Part shown: positions 10,131-17,569 of the stretch, piece after piece
Layout: the number at the start of each line of letters is the position of its first letter
How positions within the stretch are numbered: the first letter of the stretch is position 1
Origin: an uncultured delta proteobacterium
GTDB taxonomy: Bacteria; Desulfobacterota; Binatia; JACPRU01
Direction: 5' to 3'
Length of the DNA: 64,000 bases
Assembly: GCA_963745025.1 (NCBI GenBank)
Contig: CAVUWD010000011.1
Location: forward strand, 256,001-320,000
Notes under the pieces: model-generated
Told to the model about the DNA's origin: nothing
What the model saw: the letters and a program-made list of their open reading frames with translations, nothing else
The model's database searches: none
Program-made: the position numbers and the translations under genes

Positions 10131-10718
10131 TTACTTCTTCAGGCGCCAGGCGTTCTGCTGGAACCAGGCCTTGACCGCCTCCGCGCCCATGATCGACACG
10201 GGCTGCACCTCGGCGATCCATCCGCCCTCGCCGCAGCCGAAGCACTGTTCGGTGAAGTGCTCGATGTCCTCCGCGCCCTGTTCCCTGGCGAAGCGCTCGA
10301 GGGCCTCTTCGGCTTCCTTCTCGGTGGGATGGGCCTCGCAGAACGCCCACTCGAAGTGCGTCACGCGCTCGTAGACGTGCACGTGCGGATTGCTCAACCC
10401 CGCGCACGAGTCGCACTCGTCACCATCGTCATCGAACTCCGTGTGGTAGTGGATCGCCGTGGCGAGGAACCACTCCGCGCGCTCGCCGCCGGCGGGGAGG
10501 ACGGGCTCCGCCCGCGGCGCCGGCGGATTCGGCGCATCGGCGAATCGCGGCTGGACCGGCGCGGTCGGCGTCTTCCAGGGCGCTGGGCCGAACCCCCCGC
10601 GACGGAATCCGACCTCGCCGTCTCGACGCGGCTCGTATGACACCGGCGAGCCGCCTTCGCGACGCATGTGTCCCGGTACGAGCGAGCCCATGCGCGGAGC
10701 GGGTAGGTTGTGCTTCAT
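10131..10718 (-). CDS. Hypothetical protein, acidic, with possible Zn-binding residues
   Basis: AGGAG RBS; CDSC...HVH...CEAH...CFGC. Confidence 0.65.
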   Translation of the reverse strand: MKHNLPAPRMGSLVPGHMRREGGSPVSYEPRRDGEVGFRRGGFGPAPWKTPTAPVQPRFADAPNPPAPRAEPVLPAGGERAEWFLATAIHYHTEFDDDGDECDSCAGLSNPHVHVYERVTHFEWAFCEAHPTEKEAEEALERFAREQGAEDIEHFTEQCFGCGEGGWIAEVQPVSIMGAEAVKAWFQQNAWRLKK

Positions 10719-10731
10719 CGTGTTCTCCTTC

Positions 10732-11175
10732 TCACCACGCGCCCGTGTCGACGAAGCTCCAGTGCCGGTCGGCGCCGAGGATCACGTGGTCGAGCACGCG
10801 GATGCCGAGGATCTCGCCGGCCTCGCGAAGGCGCCTTGTGAGCTCGGTGTCCTCCGCGGAAGGCTCGGGTTCGCCACTCGGGTGGTTATGCGCGAGAATC
10901 ACGGCCGCGGCGGCGGCGTGAACCGCTGGCCGGAAGACCTCGCGCGGATGACAGAGCGATGCCGTCAGCGTCCCGACCGAGATCACGCGGTAGCCGCCCG
11001 GCTTCACGCGATGCTTCGCGTTCAGAAGCAGCGTGACGAAGACCTCCTGGTCGAGGCCTCCGATCCGCGGCCGGAGGGCCGCGGCGACCTCGTTCGAGCC
11101 GCGAAGCACGCCGATGATCTCCGGCGGCGGCTCGCCGTCACGAATGATCTCGACGCGCGGGAGTGTCGGTTTCAT
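10732..11175 (-). CDS. radC: RadC-like JAB/MPN domain protein (short, mobile-element type)
   Basis: QEVFVTLLLNAKH, HPREVF, AHNHPSGEPEPSAED, GIRVLDHVILG. Confidence 0.93.
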   Translation of the reverse strand: MKPTLPRVEIIRDGEPPPEIIGVLRGSNEVAAALRPRIGGLDQEVFVTLLLNAKHRVKPGGYRVISVGTLTASLCHPREVFRPAVHAAAAAVILAHNHPSGEPEPSAEDTELTRRLREAGEILGIRVLDHVILGADRHWSFVDTGAW

Positions 11176-11438
11176 GTTCCTCCTAGACCGGCCGTAGATG
11201 CGGCCGGAACTTGATGACGTGCGCGCCCCGCCGGCGTGGGACCGTCTTGAAGATCCAGGCAACGAGGGCCCGGACGAGCATCCAGAGGATCTCGCTCGCG
11301 AGCGGCCGCAGCCACCTCGAACCGCAGGTTCCACGCCGCATCCACAGCACGCGCGAACGCGCCCCCTGGTTCCCAGCCCCGCTTCATCCCGCCCCACACC
11401 TTCTGCATGTTCTCCCCGAAGTAGTTCCGCCCCATCAT
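11172..11438 (-). CDS. Small hypothetical protein
   Basis: Translationally coupled on both sides (ATGA overlap with radC); may contain compensating frameshifts. Confidence 0.5.
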   Translation of the reverse strand: MMGRNYFGENMQKVWGGMKRGWEPGGAFARAVDAAWNLRFEVAAAARERDPLDARPGPRCLDLQDGPTPAGRARHQVPAASTAGLGGT

Positions 11439-12195
11439 CACGCCTCCCTCCGGATCGCCTCGCGGATCTCCTCGAGGTCTCTCCCGTCGTCGCGCTCCTC
11501 GCGGAGCATCTTCGCCTTGAGCTCCGCAGCGCAGTGATTGGTGCCGCTCTGGTCGGCCACCATGAAGCGGCAGTTCTCGCACGGGGTGCGATAGAGAAGT
11601 TTGCACGCCCAGAACTGCGTCGCCCGGTCGAGCACGGTGCGGTTGTCGTACACGGTGTACGGACCGACGCGGCCGAGCTTGCGCATGTCCGCTCCCGAGA
11701 CGTCCTCTCCGCCGCGCGACTCGGTCGCATCGGATGCAGACCGAGCCGTCGTCCACCACGGCGGGTCGTCTGCCATGCGCGACGTCGGCCGGAAGGCACC
11801 GAAGCCGGCGGTAGACCCATTCCCGGGTCCACCCTGGTAATAGCCGCCGCCTCCTCGCCGGAAGCCGGACTCTTTCTTCCCCTTCGTCCAGAGATCCGGC
11901 GCCTGGTCGTAGGCCTGCTGGTTCGCGATCCCCTTCGTGAACAGGTGATAGAAGCCGCGGTAGACCACGACCGTGAAGAGCGCCCGGAAGAAGTGCGCGA
12001 GTCCCCACGCTGCCTCGTCGCGGACCCACTGGCCGAAGCCCTTCCCTGCCGTGGCCGTCTCCGCGTTGATCTTGGGCTCGGCCGTTGCGACGTCTGGCCG
12101 CGTTGGCCCGGCGAGCTCGAGTAGCCGCCTCCGGACCTGGTCGGCTCGATCACGATGACCGGCGGCGCGCTGCCGTATGGATCCTTGAAGCTCAT
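11438..12195 (-). CDS. Hypothetical protein with an amphipathic segment, Gly-rich linker and C-terminal Cys cluster; one frameshift
   Basis: Start MSFKDPYG joins the frame of 11438..12490; WACKLLYRTPCENC...NHC. Confidence 0.6.
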
Positions 12196-12516
12196 GTGCG
12201 TGCTCCTCCCTTCTCGAGCACCTCGACGATGTGGTTGAGCTCACCGTTGAAGATCGATTCGACGAGCCACCCCTTGCCGACCGCCTGCTCGAACCAACGC
12301 CGCAGCAACATCGACATGGTGATGACTGCGGCCCACTTCGCGCTGAGCAGCGCCTCTCGCAGCCACCAGTTGCGGCGCTTCTTCGCGCGCCACCAGCTTC
12401 GGATTCGGCGCCCCTGTGCACGCACGAATGCCGGGAATCGCTCGCAACAGCGCGACGCCGCCTCTCCAGTTCCGTTCGATCGGGCGCCACACGCGCTCGA
12501 TCAGTCTTTGCAGCAT
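12192..12516 (-). CDS. Small basic Trp/Arg-rich hypothetical protein; one frameshift
   Basis: AGGAGGTG RBS; ATGA overlap with the downstream gene. Confidence 0.55.
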
Positions 12517-12527
12517 CCTCACCTCCT

Positions 12528-12980
12528 TCATCTCTTCAGGAGCTCTGCCTTCACGAAGACGAACGGGTCTCGGATCTCCCACGCCGGCGCCTCGTCGTAT
12601 CCGGGTAGGCACCTGATCGCGGTCACCGTCAGCGACTCACAGAACGCGGCCGCCTCGGTTTGCTCCCAGTCGTCGGTCTCGCAGGACTGGTACACGTAAC
12701 AACGGATCGCTTTGAGGACGATCACCGGATCGGGCGATCCCGGCAGCATCTTGAACCTGTATTCCGGCACCGCCTCCTCCTCGCCGTAGCGGTAGTTGAC
12801 GCTCCGGCGGTTCTCGGCGATGAGCATTCGCCCGACGTCGTCCTGGGTAAGCTCGTTAAGCTCTCGCTCCTTCCTCGGATCGCCCCAGTACCAGCGAAGC
12901 GGCCCATAGGGACGCACCAGGATGAGCCCCGCGGTCACGAGCGCGTTGATGTGCGTCGCTCCGACCATGAAGGCGCTCAT
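12528..12980 (-). CDS. Conserved phage/plasmid hypothetical protein
   Basis: MSAF...HINALV, GRMLIAENRRSVNYRY, LKAIRCYVYQSCE...W...LPGYDEAPAW is a pattern I recall from phage and conjugative-element early regions; function unknown. Confidence 0.75.
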   Translation of the reverse strand: MSAFMVGATHINALVTAGLILVRPYGPLRWYWGDPRKERELNELTQDDVGRMLIAENRRSVNYRYGEEEAVPEYRFKMLPGSPDPVIVLKAIRCYVYQSCETDDWEQTEAAAFCESLTVTAIRCLPGYDEAPAWEIRDPFVFVKAELLKR

Positions 12981-13489
12981 AACGGGAACATCCCGAGGTC
13001 CGTGATGACGTCGAGCTTCGGATCGAATCCCTTGAGGCACTGGTTTCCGTGGTCGATCACGAACCGCGTGGCGCGTTGGCCGAGGATCTCGATCACCACG
13101 GGTGGATTCCGTGGGTGGTTCCAGAGACCCACCTCGATGAGATCGTCGTCCTGCTTGCCCGCGTAGACGGGCTCGAGCCCCCAGGTGGCCAGCGCCTCCA
13201 TGATCTGGCGCAGCAGATGGATCACGTGCGCGACGTAGGGCTTCCACTTCCGCTCGGGAAGCCGCTGGCCATTCTCGTCGCGGCTGAACCGCTCGTAGTC
13301 GAAGCTGATACGGACCTTCTGGATCTTGCCGTCAGGCCCGCGCGTCCAGAGCTTCGGATCGACGAGCATGACGACCTCCACGCGCCCTCGAGGCAGCAGC
13401 GTCTCGCCGGGTGGTGGATGAACGTGCGACACCTCCGAGAGCGGGATCTTCACCGTCCCGTTCCCGTTCGTGCCCTGCATGGTTTGCAT
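12977..13489 (-). CDS. Hypothetical protein
   Basis: AAGGAG RBS; 4-nt overlap with the next gene; 170 aa. Confidence 0.7.
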   Translation of the reverse strand: MQTMQGTNGNGTVKIPLSEVSHVHPPPGETLLPRGRVEVVMLVDPKLWTRGPDGKIQKVRISFDYERFSRDENGQRLPERKWKPYVAHVIHLLRQIMEALATWGLEPVYAGKQDDDLIEVGLWNHPRNPPVVIEILGQRATRFVIDHGNQCLKGFDPKLDVITDLGMFPL

Positions 13490-13517
13490 GCGGTTGGTCT
13501 CCTTCGAATTCGGAAAG

Positions 13518-13593
13518 TACGAAAAGAAAAGGCCCCGCGGTCCGGCACCCTTTCGAGTGCCGGACTTTGGAGCCTTCGTAGGTAGCTACGAAG
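13518..13593 (-). promoter_or_regulatory. Structured intergenic module e (hairpin + T-tract + outer stem, upstream of an RBS)
   Basis: Minus strand: TACGAAG-GCTCC-AAA-GTCCGGCACTC-GAAA-GGGTGCCGGAC-CGC-GGGGCC-TTTTCTT-TTCGTA; competing hairpin CTTCGTAG/CTACGAAG. Confidence 0.7.
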
Positions 13594-13609
13594 CTAGATC
13601 GCTAGATTG

Positions 13610-13777
13610 CTAGCTTCCCGCCTTGCGGAATCCCGCGTTCTTCTCCTCGGCGCTCGCGCCGCCGGCGAGGATGTCGCCCATGCCGTCGCCCGCGAGACCG
13701 ACCGCGGCGACCGCGGTGAACAACCCGACGCCGATTCCGACGATGCCGATGATGAACTTGCCGATCGCTTTGAGCAT
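13610..13777 (-). CDS. 55-aa single-pass membrane microprotein (not in the ORF track)
   Basis: AAGGAG RBS; MLKAIGKFIIGIVGIGVGLFTAVAAVGLAGDGMGDILAGGASAEEKNAGFRKAGS*. Confidence 0.7.
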   Translation of the reverse strand: MLKAIGKFIIGIVGIGVGLFTAVAAVGLAGDGMGDILAGGASAEEKNAGFRKAGS

Positions 13778-13801
13778 TGCGCTCTCCTTCCCTTTGTTCC
13801 T

Positions 13802-13849
13802 GCGCCAGAAACAGCTGAGCCCTCGGGGCTGGCGCTCACCCGAGGGCTC
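13802..13849 (-). promoter_or_regulatory. Structured intergenic module d
   Basis: Stem GAGCCCTCGGG/CCCGAGGGCTC followed by AGCTGTTTCTGGCGC; loop GCGCCAG is complementary to the downstream CTGGCGC. Confidence 0.6.
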
Positions 13850-13871
13850 TTGCCGCGTGCCATGACAGCGG

Positions 13872-14021
13872 TTACGCCGCTTTGGCGGTGGTGTCGGTGC
13901 TCGGGGCCGCGCTGCCGCCGCGGACGCCCTCGCCGATCGCGTCCGCGCCGAACGCCGCGAAGCAGGCGCCGAACGCGATGAACGCGAGTCCGAAGCACAC
14001 CTTCGAGATCTTCAGAAACAT
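13872..14021 (-). CDS. 49-aa single-pass membrane microprotein
   Basis: AGGAGG RBS; MFLKISKVCFGLAFIAFGACFAAFGADAIGEGVRGGSAAPSTDTTAKAA*. Confidence 0.7.
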   Translation of the reverse strand: MFLKISKVCFGLAFIAFGACFAAFGADAIGEGVRGGSAAPSTDTTAKAA

Positions 14022-14043
14022 GGGAACCTCCTGGTTGTCGTCT

Positions 14044-14119
14044 GGCCGAAAACAAAAACGCCCCGCGGAACGATTCCCCCGGGGCGTCACAGACAGAGCT
14101 CGGCCGTCCTGTCTTACAC
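14044..14119 (-). promoter_or_regulatory. Structured intergenic module c
   Basis: GTGTAAGACAGGAC-GGCCGAG-CTCTGTCTGTG-ACGCCCCG...CGGGGCGT-TTTTGTT-TTCGGCC, then AGGAGG. Confidence 0.75.
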
Positions 14120-14136
14120 TGAGTGTGGCGAACTTT

Positions 14137-14394
14137 TTACGAAGCGTTCAGGTCCCGTTGCCGCGCGCGCCGGCGGCTGGTGATCCATCTGCCCCAGAGC
14201 ACGCTGTCGATGCGCTTCTTCAGCTTCCGCACCGCCTTGTCGAGGCTCTCTCCGGGCTCCGAGACGTAGGTGACCTGGCAGTTGTCAGCGAGCGACTTCG
14301 ACACTTCCCAGCGTCCGTCGATGAGCTTTCCCGAGATGAGACCGTGTCGGGTGAGCTCAGGCCCCGTGAGCTCCTTCACGCCCCCCTCATCCAT
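14137..14394 (-). CDS. Small basic hypothetical protein
   Basis: 85 aa, overlapping the stop of the upstream gene; contains ESLDKAVRKLKKRI. Confidence 0.55.
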   Translation of the reverse strand: MDEGGVKELTGPELTRHGLISGKLIDGRWEVSKSLADNCQVTYVSEPGESLDKAVRKLKKRIDSVLWGRWITSRRRARQRDLNAS

Positions 14395-15001
14395 TGACCG
14401 CCGGGTCGACGGTCGTGGACGTCGCCGTGTCCCCGCCTCCGATCGGGCCGTTCGGCTGACCGCTCGGCTGCGCCACGACCGCGGTCTCGTCGCCGCCGGC
14501 GACCGCCCGGACGATCAGGTAGACCACCCCGATCCCCGCGATCGCCGCGCCCACGCCCCAGACCTTCGGGTTCTTGACGAACTGCCAGGTCTTGTTCGCC
14601 GCGCGCCGCAGCCGGCCGGGCTCCTCGCTGCCGTTGATGTTGATCTGCTCCTGAGTCTGTCCCATGGTCCCGTTCTCCTCTTCTTCTTTGAGCGCCGGCT
14701 CCGTTGCCGGCGGCTCGGTTGGTGGTGGATCGATCTCCACCGGGCCGTCGTAGAGTCGTTCGAACTCTGCGGCGATCTGCCTCTCCACTTGCCTCAGAGC
14801 CTTCACGCAGTACCGGGTCTTCACCGGGTGCGGCACGCGCCACTGACAGCGCTCGACGTAGCGCCGTGCGCGTGCGAGCTCCGCGAGCATCGTGAGCATC
14901 GTGTCGTAGAGCTCCGCGTCCTCCGGCCTCAGCTTCAAACGAATCCGGATCTCGTGGGCTTCCGACTCGACGACTTCCTCAGCCGTTGCTCGATCGTTCA
15001 T
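14387..15001 (-). CDS. Hypothetical protein; the C-terminal half (MGQTQEQ..., single TM) has its own RBS and may be a separate gene
   Basis: AGGAGG RBS; internal GAGGAG-N9-ATG at about 14665; TM segment VWGVGAAIAGIGVVYLIV. Confidence 0.6.
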   Translation of the reverse strand: MNDRATAEEVVESEAHEIRIRLKLRPEDAELYDTMLTMLAELARARRYVERCQWRVPHPVKTRYCVKALRQVERQIAAEFERLYDGPVEIDPPPTEPPATEPALKEEEENGTMGQTQEQININGSEEPGRLRRAANKTWQFVKNPKVWGVGAAIAGIGVVYLIVRAVAGGDETAVVAQPSGQPNGPIGGGDTATSTTVDPAVNG

Positions 15002-15022
15002 TCCCTGCCTCCTCTGGTCAGG

Positions 15023-15086
15023 GCCGAGAAAACAAAAAGCCCCGGAAGGACCTGTTCCTTCTCGGGGCCGCAGGGCAGGTCTCGGC
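15023..15086 (-). promoter_or_regulatory. Structured intergenic module b
   Basis: GCCGAGA-CCTGCCCTGCG-GCCCCGAGAAGGA-ACAGG-TCCTTCCGGGGC-TTTTTGTTT-TCTCGGC, then AGGAGG. Confidence 0.75.
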
Positions 15087-15158
15087 GATGCCCGCCTTGG
15101 TATCGTTCAGCCAGACCGTCGAGTTCTCCTCGTCACCTCCCTTCTGTGCTCTGGCGCC

Positions 15159-15416
15159 TCACCACGACCCAGCGTCGACGAAGCTGTAGTGCTTGCCGTC
15201 ACCGAGGATCACGTGGTCGAGAACGCGGATGCCGACGACTTCGCCGGCTTCCCGCAGGCGCTTCGTGAGCTCGATGTCCTCTGCGCTCGGCGCCGGGTCG
15301 GCGCCTTCAAAGAGGGGCATCAGAAGCCTCGCCGCGTCCGTGGACGTCCGGAGGACGGTCTCCTCGGGCTCGTCTGCTCCGGACTCGCGGACGAGCTCGA
15401 GCCTGTACCTGCGCAT
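15159..15416 (-). CDS. radC: RadC/JAB paralogue with an in-frame internal deletion removing the E and HxH catalytic segment
   Basis: ...LMPLFEGAD joined directly to PAPSAEDIELTKRLREAGEVVGIRVLDHVILG; HNHPSG missing; strong AAGGAGGTG RBS. Confidence 0.8.
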   Translation of the reverse strand: MRRYRLELVRESGADEPEETVLRTSTDAARLLMPLFEGADPAPSAEDIELTKRLREAGEVVGIRVLDHVILGDGKHYSFVDAGSW

Positions 15417-15447
15417 GTGGTCACCTCCTTCCCGCAGGTGGTCTCCT

Positions 15448-15530
15448 CGGCCGAAACGAAAACGCCCCGGTCGAGCAATGGCGCTCGCCGGGGCGCTGGA
15501 CAGACTATGGCCGCAGCTATCCTCTACACA
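15448..15530 (-). promoter_or_regulatory. Structured intergenic module a (first in the island)
   Basis: GTGTAGAGGATAGCTG-CGGCC-ATAGTCTGTCCAG-CGCCCCGG...CCGGGGCG-TTTTCGTTTC-GGCCG, then AAGGAGGTG. Confidence 0.75.
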
Positions 15531-15710
15531 TCATCATGACGCAGAGCGCGGATAAAGGTCACCATGAAAACGCTATTCACTCATTGTCCATCAACGACGC
15601 ACTGCGAATTGTTGACAAATGTGCCCCTGTGGCATTCAGAGGTCACAGTTGCGGTTCTTGCCACTCCGTGTCCAGGATCGAGTCCCGGCCGAGCACGTGA
15701 AAAGCGGCCA

Positions 15711-15914
15711 ATGGTGAGCGAATCAGGCATCCAAGAGGATTTCGTCGTCTCGTGCCCTTACTGCGGAGAGGACGTCGAGATCCACGTCGAGGTGGACGTC
15801 GCGGGCACCCTCGTGCAGGACTGCGAGGTGTGTTGCAACCCGTGGCTCCTGCGCGTCACGGTCGACAGCGGAAATCGGTCCGTCAGCGTGGCGCGGGCCG
15901 ACGGTTCGGAGTGA
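15711..15914 (+). CDS. CPXCG-motif cysteine-rich protein
   Basis: SCPYCGE...VQDCEVCCNPW. Confidence 0.88.
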   Translation: MVSESGIQEDFVVSCPYCGEDVEIHVEVDVAGTLVQDCEVCCNPWLLRVTVDSGNRSVSVARADGSE

Positions 15915-15993
15915 GAAAGAGCCGCATCGTCCCGATCTTCGATGCCTTCCGAGTAGATTGCGCCTCCTGGCGCCTCGCGCTAGGACCCAGGAT

Positions 15994-16242
15994 ATGACTG
16001 ACACCCCGTTCGTCGTCCAGAAAGTCGAGTGGTACCAGTTTCGCCATCCTGCCGGGCATGCGTTTTTCGTCATGGTCGCGAGCCTTCCGAACGGTTTCTT
16101 CACCGCCGTGCCCTGCCACGTGACGATGCGGCTCGCCGACCACAGCGTGGTCGCGCTCGCTGCGACGCAGGAAGAGGCTTTGACACAGCTCCAGACGACC
16201 CTTGCCGGAAAGACCGCCGGCGAGCTCTTTCCGGCGACGTGA
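15994..16242 (+). CDS. Small hypothetical protein
   Basis: 82 aa with host-like codon usage. Confidence 0.6.
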   Translation: MTDTPFVVQKVEWYQFRHPAGHAFFVMVASLPNGFFTAVPCHVTMRLADHSVVALAATQEEALTQLQTTLAGKTAGELFPAT

Positions 16243-16378
16243 GCTCACCGAGCACGGCCGCCGAAGGCATAGCGCCCCTCGGAATTCGTCATCCGACACG
16301 CCAGCAACAAGAGGAGAGGCTGACTACGATAAGTGCCGGCAGGCCGTCCGTCTGGAAAATATTGGTTGAGAGCTGCGA

Positions 16379-17353
16379 ATGCGCCGCATAGTGTGCCGTG
16401 AGTTCGGGCCGCTCGAGAACCTTACCGTCGAGGAAGCCGACGAACCGGAGGTCTCCCCGGGCACTATCCTGGTCGACGTGGAAGCCGCCGGGGTGAACTT
16501 CGTCGACGCTTTGATCGTGCGGGGCGAGTACCAGATAAAGCCGCCGCTGCCGTTCGTCGCTGGCAGCGAGATCGCAGGCAGCGTACTCACCGTCGGCGAT
16601 GGGGTCACGGCGGTTCAGGTCGGCGACCGCATCTTTGGGATGACCGGCTCTGGCGGCTTCGCGGAACGTGTCGTGATCGGAGCCGCGCAGGCGTTTCGCG
16701 TCCCGTCGTTGATCGATGCCAAGCGCGCCGCCACCTTTATCCAGAGCTACTGCACCGCCCTTTTCGCGTTGCGCGAACGCGCCGGGCTGCGCCCTGGCGA
16801 GACGGTCCTGGTGCTCGGGGCGGCCGGCGGCGTCGGGCGCGCGGCCATCGACGTGGCGAAGGCCCTCGGGGCTCGGGTGATCGCGGCCGCGTCGAGCGAC
16901 GCACGTGTCGGCGCGTGCAAGACCGCCGGCGCCGACGAGACGATCGACTACTCGCGCGAGGATCTAAAGAGCCGCGTGAAGCAGCTCGGGGGCGTTGATG
17001 TGATCGTCGATCCAGTCGGCGGTGACCGCGCGGAGCCTGCCCTGCGCACGCTCGGCGTGGACGGGCGCTACCTCGTCATCGGTTTCGCCGCTGGCGCCAT
17101 ACCGCGCATTCCCCTCAACCTCGTTCTGCTGCGCAACCGCCGCGTCGTCGGCGTCGACTGGGGCGCATGGATGAAGAGCAATCCAGATGCCCAACGCCGC
17201 CTGATCGGCGAGCTGCTCGCACTGGTGGAGGCGGGCAGCCTGCACCCCCAGGAACCGGCAACCTACGCCTTGGAGGACGCGGCAACCGCCCTCGCCGATC
17301 TCCTCGCGAATCGCGTGGCAGGCAAAGCGGCGCTCGTTCCGCGGCGTCACTGA
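16379..17353 (+). CDS. NADPH:quinone oxidoreductase (MDR/Qor family)
   Basis: AAGVNFVD, VLGAAGGVG, GKAAL tail. Confidence 0.92.
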   Translation: MRRIVCREFGPLENLTVEEADEPEVSPGTILVDVEAAGVNFVDALIVRGEYQIKPPLPFVAGSEIAGSVLTVGDGVTAVQVGDRIFGMTGSGGFAERVVIGAAQAFRVPSLIDAKRAATFIQSYCTALFALRERAGLRPGETVLVLGAAGGVGRAAIDVAKALGARVIAAASSDARVGACKTAGADETIDYSREDLKSRVKQLGGVDVIVDPVGGDRAEPALRTLGVDGRYLVIGFAAGAIPRIPLNLVLLRNRRVVGVDWGAWMKSNPDAQRRLIGELLALVEAGSLHPQEPATYALEDAATALADLLANRVAGKAALVPRRH

Positions 17354-17569
17354 GCCCGACGGACGTATGGTGGGCCCAGATTCACAAAATCGCGAGAAGG
17401 TGAAGGTCGGAGGCGCCATCACTTCCAGAACCGGCGGGGACGACCTGCTCGGGTGCCAAACGCCGGCGGGGATCGACGAAGGTGTTCGCCGGCTCGCAGG
17501 ATCGCTGCGCACCACGGGATATAAAACGACGCACGGTCGATCGGTACGCGAATGAGGCAAAGACCGTGC

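Larger units (their letters stand above)
7161..15550 (-). mobile_element. Integrated mobile island (recombinase + clamp + RadC + small-gene array); boundaries approximate
   Basis: About 15 co-oriented, tightly coupled genes typical of mobile elements, flanked by host-type genes; no att direct repeat found. Confidence 0.75.

Noticed and set aside
10732-12195. 487-aa RadC fusion ORF
   Set aside because: The upstream part is off-frame read-through; RadC has its own RBS and ATG at 11175.
13518-15530. CRISPR array or classical integron
   Set aside because: The repeats are not identical or regularly spaced, there are no cas genes or attC core sites, and the recombinase lacks IntI size and features.
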